DNA from: a virus
Taxonomy: Duplodnaviria > Caudoviricetes
DNA: 61,786 bases
Reading direction: 5' to 3' (one strand)
IMG/VR virus record: IMGVR_UViG_3300021960_009997
Location: 1-61,786 of that record
Part shown: in pieces, positions 20,307 to 28,568 of the stretch
How the letters are laid out: each line of letters begins with the position of its first letter
Numbering within the stretch: position 1 is the first letter of the stretch
The notes under the pieces: model-generated
The model's database searches: none
Told to the model about the DNA's origin: nothing
What the model saw: the letters and a program-made list of their open reading frames with translations, nothing else
Program-made: the position numbers and the translations under genes

Positions 20307-21806
20307 CTATGGTATAGGTGGTTTAGGAGTTGGCGTACCAGGTGCTGAGCCAATATGTGAGTGTGTACCAAGCCCAATACCTGTAACAGTTGTAACAGCT
20401 GTTGCGGCGACAAGACCGGTGACAGAAACCATACCTGTGTGTTGTGTAATGCCGGTAGTAATACTTCTTGCACCTGTCTTTGTTTCCTGATAACCAGCAG
20501 CAATAGTTTGTATTCCAAGTGTTTCAAGTAATTGTGCTGCGCCGCCTACAAGTTTCTGTTGGGCAACACCTAACAGCGACATATTAGTACCTGATGCTCG
20601 GTAAGTACCCACTGCGGTCTGTGTCATATTTAACAGTGAGGTAAGATTATATGACTGCAAGGTTGTCATTGACATATTACCTGTAGAGGTTAAATTATAC
20701 CCTCCATTAACAGTCATATTAAATCCATCGCCTACACTCATGGTATGTGAACCGACACACGTAATAGTCTGTACTCCACCGGTCCTTAAACTGTAATCTT
20801 CAGTAACATTCACACTCATACCTGTGCCTATTTCAGCAACACTATTGCCTTGTATCTTAGTATGATGAGAACCTGTAATAGTTGTAAACTTATTACCATT
20901 AATTTCTTCGTAGTAATCACCGTCTACTCTAAGTTTGCAGTCACCAACAATAGTGACATTACATCCGCCTGTTATAGAAACATTCTTACCACCAATTACT
21001 ATTTCATATTCATCACCGACAATCTTTGTGACTTTAGTTCCGTCAGCTTGTATTTCGTAAAAGGATCCTGAATTATGATACTCATGTATTCTTCCGTTGT
21101 CAGGTGTGTCGTCTACTTCAAACACATGACCGGATTCTGTTTCTGTTACTTTGTTGAAAGGATAAACCGAAGTAGTTCCTTTACCGAATGTAGGAACTGT
21201 GCCTGGCTCACTATAGGTTCCTGTGGCTGTAGAACCAAAACGAGGATGAGGTTCGTCCCAAGGAACAGAAGAATAATCCTTTCCTGTTATGTCAGGGGTG
21301 ACAGTAGTTATACTTGGTGCTTTAGCTGTAGGAATTGCCTTGGTTTGTTTTTTTCTTTTCTCTACAAGGCTTGCGTGTTTTTCTGCTGCACTTCCTCGAG
21401 CAAGGCGTGAAAGATCTGGTTCGTTAAGATCATTGTATCCCACGTCCTCTTCAGTTCTTGGAAACTTTCCATTAGGGTCGCTAAATCCTATTGTTGGGTC
21501 TTCTATTCTTTCAACAGGAATACCTGGAAGTGACCCTATAATAACAGGACTTTGTTCGTCATTACCATCAGCAAAAAAGCCAACAACAGTTGAACCGGGT
21601 AATAGCGCAGGAGTTTCAGAGACACCTGACATACTTGCTGAAGTGACAGGTAGCATTACAGTAGCCCAGGGCAAATCCTTTGTAGGAAGTGTAACAGTAT
21701 TGGCTGTGTGATATCCCAATACTCTTACTTTACATCTTCCTAAGTTTTCAGGATCGGCTCTACTTTCTACTACGCCTATCCACATTTTAAATTGTGGTAC
21801 TAACAT
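20307..21806 (-). CDS. gp5: Baseplate central spike gp5 (no lysozyme domain)
   Basis: OB-fold GVVE.R.DP..LGR..VR..G.H, DLPWA; YPFNKV.ETESGH.FE.DDTP; beta-helix repeats; terminal GLGTHSH. Confidence 0.9.
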   Translation of the reverse strand: MLVPQFKMWIGVVESRADPENLGRCKVRVLGYHTANTVTLPTKDLPWATVMLPVTSASMSGVSETPALLPGSTVVGFFADGNDEQSPVIIGSLPGIPVERIEDPTIGFSDPNGKFPRTEEDVGYNDLNEPDLSRLARGSAAEKHASLVEKRKKQTKAIPTAKAPSITTVTPDITGKDYSSVPWDEPHPRFGSTATGTYSEPGTVPTFGKGTTSVYPFNKVTETESGHVFEVDDTPDNGRIHEYHNSGSFYEIQADGTKVTKIVGDEYEIVIGGKNVSITGGCNVTIVGDCKLRVDGDYYEEINGNKFTTITGSHHTKIQGNSVAEIGTGMSVNVTEDYSLRTGGVQTITCVGSHTMSVGDGFNMTVNGGYNLTSTGNMSMTTLQSYNLTSLLNMTQTAVGTYRASGTNMSLLGVAQQKLVGGAAQLLETLGIQTIAAGYQETKTGARSITTGITQHTGMVSVTGLVAATAVTTVTGIGLGTHSHIGSAPGTPTPKPPIP

Positions 21807-21809
21807 TCT

Positions 21810-23180
21810 TTACTCGCTTAGATCTAAGTTCAAACCGTTTTTCACAATTTCAGCAGTGATGCTATGTTTATCATACTTTATTGTGTGTTTCAAAGCTGTT
21901 ATTATATAGGGACCTGAAAGATAAGGATCTAATACTGTTCCCTCATCATCTTCAGTTGTTTTGGATCTCGGTGACAAATATTTAAGATTAATTAATTGTC
22001 CCACTTCAATATCTGTTCTTCCAGGAATATTTATTGTGAATTTAAAATGATCTAACCCACTTAAATATGACTTTCTGTATTGTATTCTGTCTGTGTAAAA
22101 CTCTGCTGGATGACCGTTTGGTAATTCGCTATTGTCTGTAGTACCGTAATCGGTGTACAAGTTTGTGTTGAATACAACAAACTCTGTGTGCATCATCGGA
22201 TTACCACGAACATCATCAGGGATAGGTATTCCCTCTGAGGTTCTCACAAAAGCTTTGGCCTGATCCACAAAGTCAAAAGTAGATTCTGTCAATTTTTTTG
22301 TTGTTAAATCATATCCACGAATAGCATTTGCAAAGTAACCTGTCATTGTGCCTTCGATAATGTCAACCGTTTTAGGCATTTGAAATGAATCAATTTTAGT
22401 AAATGCTGGAGGTAAAACATTTCCTGTATATTTTAACCCATCTGCTCTACGTGGAAATGTTTCCTCTACAGGCTCATACACATATTCATCAAGCATTCCA
22501 AACTTTTGCCCTTTTTCGATTAGAGCCTCTACACTACTAAAATAAAATCCTTTATTAGACTCGAAAAACAGATAGTCGGACCCCTGCAATTTTCCTCCCC
22601 TAACTCTTTTAGATATGAAATTCATATTTTTAAAAGGAGACCAAAAATTAGAAGTATATTTTATCTTACTTGAATGAGGAGAGTCCGATATATACAAAGG
22701 AGTTTTTCTACCTGGATCATCAAACCTTCTGTCAAGTGAAATATAATCTTGATATACTGACGCAGCTACTTCATCAGTATTGCCTTTTAAACTACCATTA
22801 ACAGTTATTTGTAAGTCAGAATATCCTTCAACAGAAATTAGCTGTAGTGTGTAATAACTTTGAGTATCGTTATTATTAAATCTATCTGTTACTGAATAAA
22901 CTCTAAATTGCTTTTCAATAATATTAGCAGGCGCATCAACATATGTAGGTGTTCTAAACTTTATTACTACCAGTTCGTTTCCTCTGATTGGAAAGTTTGA
23001 AACAAGATCTATACCGTCTGATATTAACATTTTGGCTGTTAAACAGTTAGCAAAAATATCCTCATACAGGATAAATTCAACCATAAAGGTTTTTAGATCT
23101 AATACGTTACTGTCACTATTTACCAGAAGAATATCATCAAAGGTAATCTGACCAGCACCTGTTAAAATTTCGTTATCCAC
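21810..23180 (-). CDS. Putative baseplate hub protein (gp27-like)
   Basis: Between gp53 and gp5; YLFFE...G..F, IPG...IEVG, SG.Y.IT...H motifs; GTG start. Confidence 0.55.
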   Translation of the reverse strand: MDNEILTGAGQITFDDILLVNSDSNVLDLKTFMVEFILYEDIFANCLTAKMLISDGIDLVSNFPIRGNELVVIKFRTPTYVDAPANIIEKQFRVYSVTDRFNNNDTQSYYTLQLISVEGYSDLQITVNGSLKGNTDEVAASVYQDYISLDRRFDDPGRKTPLYISDSPHSSKIKYTSNFWSPFKNMNFISKRVRGGKLQGSDYLFFESNKGFYFSSVEALIEKGQKFGMLDEYVYEPVEETFPRRADGLKYTGNVLPPAFTKIDSFQMPKTVDIIEGTMTGYFANAIRGYDLTTKKLTESTFDFVDQAKAFVRTSEGIPIPDDVRGNPMMHTEFVVFNTNLYTDYGTTDNSELPNGHPAEFYTDRIQYRKSYLSGLDHFKFTINIPGRTDIEVGQLINLKYLSPRSKTTEDDEGTVLDPYLSGPYIITALKHTIKYDKHSITAEIVKNGLNLDLSE

Positions 23181-23181
23181 A

Positions 23182-23691
23182 CTACCTCACCAGACGTCTA
23201 TATATTTTAACAAAATCTCCAATGAATTTATTTTTTATCAAATAAATATGTCTTTTAGATTCATTAAGGTCTATTTCATAATCCATGTTTGTAACAGCGC
23301 TGTGAGTTCCTGCTGTTAATTTAGCAGCATCATAATCTACTACAAGTTCAGGGTTGCTACCAGTTATCATATAATGATGGACTGCTGATTCATTTCCTGC
23401 ACCGTATTTTGTTTTAACGTATTCTGTCAACGCAACTGAAGATTTTGGCCACTCCTCGTATGGATTGATTATATTATTAACCAGTAAGATTGTCCAGTGA
23501 TATAATGGCGTACCATATACTCTGTTAGATAGATGTTCAGGTGTTTCCCCGTCATCTAAATAATAAGCATCCATGTTTAAATTACTTACGTTACCACTTC
23601 TAAAACCAGTTCTAACAAAAATATCTCTTACTGCAATATTTTTATTTTGAGGAGTAGTGTAAATTAATGTCGGTAGATATTTAAAATACAT
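23182..23691 (-). CDS. gp53: Baseplate wedge subunit gp53
   Basis: MYF..LP, DGETPE..S...YG...YHWTILLVNNI.NP..EWP, HHY. Confidence 0.9.
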   Translation of the reverse strand: MYFKYLPTLIYTTPQNKNIAVRDIFVRTGFRSGNVSNLNMDAYYLDDGETPEHLSNRVYGTPLYHWTILLVNNIINPYEEWPKSSVALTEYVKTKYGAGNESAVHHYMITGSNPELVVDYDAAKLTAGTHSAVTNMDYEIDLNESKRHIYLIKNKFIGDFVKIYRRLVR

Positions 23692-24992
23692 TATCTGCTT
23701 GTCCTATAGCTATCAGTAATACCGCCTTCTTTTCTAACCAACATCTCAAGTTCAGTAAATTGCAATCTCATACTAATTTGAGATGGGCCGCCTGGCTTAC
23801 TAATAAATGTTGTAAAGTCTGCACCGCCATATGATACATCCATATTAGTCAGCGCACAAGAAGAAATTTGATTGACGTACTCGTTACGTTGATCTTTGTA
23901 CATATATTCGATGTTAAACTCTGAAGGGTAAATCATAATAGTTTTGCCTTCAGCGAGTTCTGGGTGCATATGGTATTTAAATAACTGAATAATATTCATC
24001 ACATCTTCAAATTCTGTGTCATTCTTCGGTGCAAAAATATAATTAAAAGCAAATGATCTAAAATCCATTTGTTCAAAAAGCTGTTCTCTAAATGGATTCA
24101 AAGTCGTCTTAGTTGATACATCAAAAACATCACCGAAACTTCCGCCGCCGAGTTGAGATGGCAAATTTGCAGCTCCTTGTATAACACTTCTTGCCATGGC
24201 GTTTGCAGTGTTGTTGTTTCCTGCAAGAGTATTTTTAACAATCCCCAACAAGTCATCTGAAGATTCCGGCATAGGAATGTTGCCGTTAAGGATTCCTCCA
24301 CCAAATGTACCTAATGAAGTATTTTGCCATTTAGCCCCGTATGATACAGTAGGCGGAGCTGCAATGTGTAACTGTATTGTATTAAGAAGACGTATAGTTT
24401 CATTTGCCTGGATAACTGCTTCACCAATGTTTTCTGCTATTTCATAGCCACCATAGGCAGTTGCAACACCTACAGCTGTTCTTAAAGCAGGAGAACCGGT
24501 ACCAGCTGTTATAAAGTTTGCAACAGCTTTACCTGCTTTGAATCCCGCATAAACACCGGCAGCTTTAAATAAAGAACCGAGGATATCAATTTGTTCTCCA
24601 GTTGCCCTGCTTTCGTCTCCTACTTGCTCTTTTCTTTGTCTGTCAGCTTGTGACCATTCTCCAAAACCACCCAGGAGATTATCTAAATCTTTTTGAAACT
24701 TGGCCTCACTTCCAACTGAGCTTCTTTCTCTCGCATTAATATAAAATATAATACTGTGCGGTTGTTCCGGATTCTCTCCAATATCTTGAGGATACCTAAA
24801 ACTTAGGTTCGTCAACAAATTGTCTACTTTGTGAGTATTTGCTGCGGTGCTATCTTCTGCAGGAGAAGTTTCAGGTTCAGCTGCGGCTACAGCTGGCTGC
24901 TGTTGTGCAGCGACCTCTTGTCGCTGTTCTTCCCGGCGAGCTCTTCTCCGTGCGCCAGCAGGTAATGTTGATTGCTCGTCATCATCAGCCAT
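23691..24992 (-). CDS. gp48: Baseplate tail-tube cap gp48-like
   Basis: NP..EQLF....FR.F.F...F.PK, FKYHMHP, YPSEF.I, LTN..VSY, LQFTELE. Confidence 0.8.
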   Translation of the reverse strand: MADDDEQSTLPAGARRRARREEQRQEVAAQQQPAVAAAEPETSPAEDSTAANTHKVDNLLTNLSFRYPQDIGENPEQPHSIIFYINARERSSVGSEAKFQKDLDNLLGGFGEWSQADRQRKEQVGDESRATGEQIDILGSLFKAAGVYAGFKAGKAVANFITAGTGSPALRTAVGVATAYGGYEIAENIGEAVIQANETIRLLNTIQLHIAAPPTVSYGAKWQNTSLGTFGGGILNGNIPMPESSDDLLGIVKNTLAGNNNTANAMARSVIQGAANLPSQLGGGSFGDVFDVSTKTTLNPFREQLFEQMDFRSFAFNYIFAPKNDTEFEDVMNIIQLFKYHMHPELAEGKTIMIYPSEFNIEYMYKDQRNEYVNQISSCALTNMDVSYGGADFTTFISKPGGPSQISMRLQFTELEMLVRKEGGITDSYRTSR

Positions 24993-25005
24993 TTTTTTTA
25001 ACCTC

Positions 25006-25042
25006 TATAAATAACCTTTAATATGGGTTTACATTATTTATA
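25006..25042. promoter_or_regulatory. Face-to-face pair of T4 late promoters
   Basis: TATAAATA on + at 25006-25013 (toward gp4) and on - at 25042-25035 (toward gp48). Confidence 0.75.
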
Positions 25043-25052
25043 ACAGGAACTT

Positions 25053-25499
25053 ATGACATATACCAAAGACTTACATCAAGGAAGGTTTAGGCCTCGTAAT
25101 CCAGCAAAGTATAAGGGAGACATAACAAACATTATTTATCGTTCCGGCTATGAATTAAAATTTATGAATTGGTGTGATCTCAATGATTCGGTGACCGAAT
25201 GGGGAAGTGAAGAAATTGTTATACCTTATCGTTCACCATTAGACAATAGATATCATAGATATTTTGTTGACTTTTATGTTAAAGTATGTAATAATAATAT
25301 AACTGAAATGTATCTTGTAGAGGTAAAACCTTATCGGTTTACACAAGAACCTAAGATCCCAAAACGTCGGACTAAAAGGTTTATAAATGAAGTAAAGCAA
25401 TGGGGAGTTAATCTCGCCAAATGGGAAGCGGCTGAAGAATTTTGTAAAGACCGCAAGTGGAAATTCAAGATTATAACTGAAAAAGAATTAAAATTATGA
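25053..25499 (+). CDS. gp4: Head completion nuclease gp4
   Basis: GRF.P.NP.KYKGD...IIYRS.YE, W.SEE..IPY.SP.D...HRYFVDF, EVKP, N.AKW.AA, ITEKEL. Confidence 0.92.
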   Translation: MTYTKDLHQGRFRPRNPAKYKGDITNIIYRSGYELKFMNWCDLNDSVTEWGSEEIVIPYRSPLDNRYHRYFVDFYVKVCNNNITEMYLVEVKPYRFTQEPKIPKRRTKRFINEVKQWGVNLAKWEAAEEFCKDRKWKFKIITEKELKL

Positions 25500-26464
25500 A
25501 ATTAGAGCGTGTTGTTTTAGAAGTTGCGGGTGGTTGTAACTATTCATGTGCTATGTGTCCTCATTCAGATCCAGGAAGAGGTAAAGAATGGACTCGTATC
25601 ATGCCATTAGATATGTTTGAAGATATCCTTGATCAAATAGTAGGTAAGTACGGAACCCCTGTAATCAATCTCGAAGGCAGTGGCGAACCTACAATGAACA
25701 AACGTCTGCCTCTGTACGTAGAAGCAGTAACAAAACGTGGCCTCAAATCATTCATGTATTCTAATGGCAGTTTTCTTCGTGGTCAGTTTATGCAGGATGT
25801 TGTTGATGCAGGATTAGATTTCATGCGTTTCAGTTTCATAGGCTACAATAGAGAGATGTACAAGAAGTGGATGAGCATGGATAACTTTGACATGGTCACC
25901 GAAAATGCTATCAAGTTGAAAGAGTATATTAAAGAGTCGGGCAGTAGTTGTGAAGTAAGTTCCTATCATCTTATTCTTAACAACAATCAGATTGAGTTTG
26001 AAGTAGAAGAATACAGACGTAATGTTATTAACAAAATAGGCACTATCGGTTACATTTGGAAGATGCACAATTGGAGCGGTAACTACAAACCTGAATACGG
26101 CAGAGAAACAGATAAACGTAGAACGTGTGGTCGCCCTTTCGCACCAGAGCTGACTGTACGTGCAGGCGGTAACAACGGGCAAACAGCAGCAGTAACACCG
26201 TGCTGTCAAACTCTCGGTCCTCCCAATGAAGCAAAAAGTGTACTCGGTCATTTCTCAGAGCAATCCTTTGAAGAAATATACTTTGGTGAAAAGTATGAGG
26301 AGTTACGTAGACTACACAAAGAAAAACGCTTTGATGAGATTGATTATTGTAAAAACTGTGACTTCTTATATGAAAACCCAGAAGTTTTAGTGTGGAGTAA
26401 TGCTCCAGAAGCTAAAACTGATTATATGTTAGGAACTAACTTTTCTCTAAAGGATTACCAGTAA
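25496..26464 (+). CDS. Radical SAM/SPASM domain protein
   Basis: CNYSCAMC, GEP, C-terminal C.RPF...PCC...CKNC. Confidence 0.9.
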   Translation: MKLERVVLEVAGGCNYSCAMCPHSDPGRGKEWTRIMPLDMFEDILDQIVGKYGTPVINLEGSGEPTMNKRLPLYVEAVTKRGLKSFMYSNGSFLRGQFMQDVVDAGLDFMRFSFIGYNREMYKKWMSMDNFDMVTENAIKLKEYIKESGSSCEVSSYHLILNNNQIEFEVEEYRRNVINKIGTIGYIWKMHNWSGNYKPEYGRETDKRRTCGRPFAPELTVRAGGNNGQTAAVTPCCQTLGPPNEAKSVLGHFSEQSFEEIYFGEKYEELRRLHKEKRFDEIDYCKNCDFLYENPEVLVWSNAPEAKTDYMLGTNFSLKDYQ

Positions 26465-26469
26465 ACCAT

Positions 26470-26477
26470 TATAAATA
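26470..26477 (+). promoter_or_regulatory. T4-type late promoter
   Basis: TATAAATA just upstream of gp2. Confidence 0.7.
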
Positions 26478-26482
26478 ATGGT

Positions 26483-27058
26483 ATGGCTAATCCATTCCAA
26501 GACATACGAGCCAAAGCTGGCGAGCAAGACCGTTCATTCAGATGGTACCAAGATGCTGTCCGAAAAATGGCTAACGGTATCAATACGTTTGCTGAAGTGT
26601 CTCGTACAGACATAGGAAGTTTTACAAGCAAGTTAGAACCCGGTAATATGTATATGTTTCAATACGATCCTAAGTATAAAGAAACATTACCATATTATGA
26701 CAGGTTCCCTCTTTGTCTACCCTTTGACGATATTAGCGGGGGTTTCGTAGGCATAAACTTTCACTATCTACCTTATTTAAGAAGGGCCCAGCTTCTTGGT
26801 AATCTAATGGACTTTACAGATAGAGCATTAACTGAAAAAAGTAAAATTGAAATCAGTTGGAGTTTGTTAAAAAACTTTGGTAGATTTCCGGAAGTAAAAC
26901 CTTCAGTAAAAAAATATCTATACAGTCAAGTACAAAGCAGATTTGTAAAAATAGAACCTGAGCATTGGAAAGCCTCTATCTTTTTGCCAACACATGATTT
27001 TGCAAAAGCAACCCAAGATAAAGTTTATAGAGACAGCAGAGACAAAATAAATGGCTAA
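26483..27058 (+). CDS. gp2: DNA end protector protein gp2
   Basis: G.MYMFQYDPK.K.TLPYYD.FPL, GINFHYLP...R, KKYL, FLPT..F. Confidence 0.92.
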   Translation: MANPFQDIRAKAGEQDRSFRWYQDAVRKMANGINTFAEVSRTDIGSFTSKLEPGNMYMFQYDPKYKETLPYYDRFPLCLPFDDISGGFVGINFHYLPYLRRAQLLGNLMDFTDRALTEKSKIEISWSLLKNFGRFPEVKPSVKKYLYSQVQSRFVKIEPEHWKASIFLPTHDFAKATQDKVYRDSRDKING

Positions 27059-27680
27059 GTCCTACTTTAACAATAAAAATTTTTCAGCATTTATAGCTTC
27101 AAACGCCCCGCAAAGAAGCGATAGGTTTGAAGTGCTAATAACAATACCTGATATACTAAGAGATGCTTATCCAGGAACAGGCAGTCAAACCATCAGCTTG
27201 ATGTGTGAAGAGGCTCAGTTACCAGGATACAGTGCAACAAATGTTCCTGTAAAAATAGGCGCATGGACAGAATTTAGAAATCAAAATCTTGAATTTTTAA
27301 CTCAAGATGTGGTATTTACTTTTGTATCAGACGACAGCCTCGCTATTCGAGGACTATTTGAAAAGTGGATTGAATTAACAGTAAGTCCCGTATCAAAAGA
27401 AATAGAATTTCCTGTATTGATACAAAAAAATATAATAGTACGAGCTTTAGATAGGCAAGATAATGTAAGGGCAGAATATCTTTTACTCGATTGTACCCCT
27501 AAACTTATCAATATCAATCAGTTATCTTGGAGTAACACATCTTTGATGAGAATATCTGTTTCATTTTCAGCGAGAAAGTGGGTAAGACTTGGCCTCGAAG
27601 GTGCAGTAACAGATGAATTAAAAGAAAAATTGAGATCAACGGGATTACTTAATAGATTATTTAATGCAATTTTTGATTAG
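27051..27680 (+). CDS. Tail-tube-like protein (gp54/gp19 fold)
   Basis: RFEV.I, CE.AQLPG, TF......IR..FE.W, SVSFS.R.W; position after gp2. Confidence 0.65.
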   Translation: MAKSYFNNKNFSAFIASNAPQRSDRFEVLITIPDILRDAYPGTGSQTISLMCEEAQLPGYSATNVPVKIGAWTEFRNQNLEFLTQDVVFTFVSDDSLAIRGLFEKWIELTVSPVSKEIEFPVLIQKNIIVRALDRQDNVRAEYLLLDCTPKLININQLSWSNTSLMRISVSFSARKWVRLGLEGAVTDELKEKLRSTGLLNRLFNAIFD

Positions 27681-27696
27681 AATATAGGAGATTATA

Positions 27697-28389
27697 ATGA
27701 AGTTACCTACAGTGGTGGTACCGGAGTTTGAAATAGAGGTACCCGGAATGAAAGAGGCTTTAAAGTTTAGGCCTTTTTTAGTGAAAGAAAATAAAATATT
27801 AACACTTGCGCTTGAAGGCGGAGAAGTGATAGATCAGGTTAGAGCTGTACAGCAGGTTATTTCTAATTGTTGTATAACAGAAATTGCTGTAGATACTTTA
27901 CCGTTGTATCAGTTACAGTGGATATTTATAAAATTGAAAAGTAAATCAGTAGGAGACGTTCAATCATATATATTGACCTGTGGTAAGTGCGAAAACAAAA
28001 TAAACTACGATATGGATATAAACGATTTTAAGGTTTACGGAAATGTTGAAGAATCTAAGAAAAAAATAGAAATTACTGAAGAAGCGGGAATTGTTTTTAA
28101 ATACCCATCAGCGCTCAAACAGGCCAACAGTGCAAATGAAAAAGATGAAGACCTAATATATTCCTGCATTGAGTACATTTATAATGACCAAGAAGTTATT
28201 TACAAAGATGATATAACAAAAGAAGAATTAACAGAATGGATTGATAATTTACCTGTTACAATGACAGAAAAAATAGGTGAGTTTTTTGTTGATATGCCGT
28301 TGTTAGGACACCGGTTAGAATATAAATGCAATGAGTGTGGCAACAATAACATTACAGCTATAAATGGTTATGAGCATTTTTTCGTTTAA
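27697..28389 (+). CDS. gp26: Baseplate hub assembly protein gp26
   Basis: LP....P, KFRPFLVKE.KIL, KSVG, CxxC pairs, C-terminal G...FF. Confidence 0.88.
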   Translation: MKLPTVVVPEFEIEVPGMKEALKFRPFLVKENKILTLALEGGEVIDQVRAVQQVISNCCITEIAVDTLPLYQLQWIFIKLKSKSVGDVQSYILTCGKCENKINYDMDINDFKVYGNVEESKKKIEITEEAGIVFKYPSALKQANSANEKDEDLIYSCIEYIYNDQEVIYKDDITKEELTEWIDNLPVTMTEKIGEFFVDMPLLGHRLEYKCNECGNNNITAINGYEHFFV

Positions 28390-28568
28390 CTCTTTCTCAG
28401 GATTCGTTAGAAAATTATTATAAAACGAATTTCTTATTAATGCAAGAACATCAATGGGGTTTGAGTGAAATAGAAAATATGATGCCCTGGGAAAGAGAGA
28501 TATATGTAGCAATGTTAGTACAACACCTAAAGAAAAAGGCTGAAAAACAAAAAGAGCAAAATAGATGA
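28374..28568 (+). CDS. gp51: Baseplate hub assembly catalyst gp51 frame (probably reached by -1 frameshift from gp26)
   Basis: Not in the ORF track. Translates ...DSLENYYKTNFLLMQEHQWGLSEIENMMPWEREIYVAML...; frame open 28374-28568, first ATG only at 28440. Confidence 0.85.
   Translation, partial: AFFRLTLSQDSLENYYKTNFLLMQEHQWGLSEIENMMPWEREIYVAMLVQHLKKKAEKQKEQNR

Noticed and set aside
25053-25499. TnsA-like nuclease as a mobile element
   Set aside because: It is the core head-completion gene gp4 in its usual position; no transposon ends.
27923-27930. TATAAATA on the minus strand inside gp26
   Set aside because: Antisense with no downstream gene; likely chance in AT-rich DNA.
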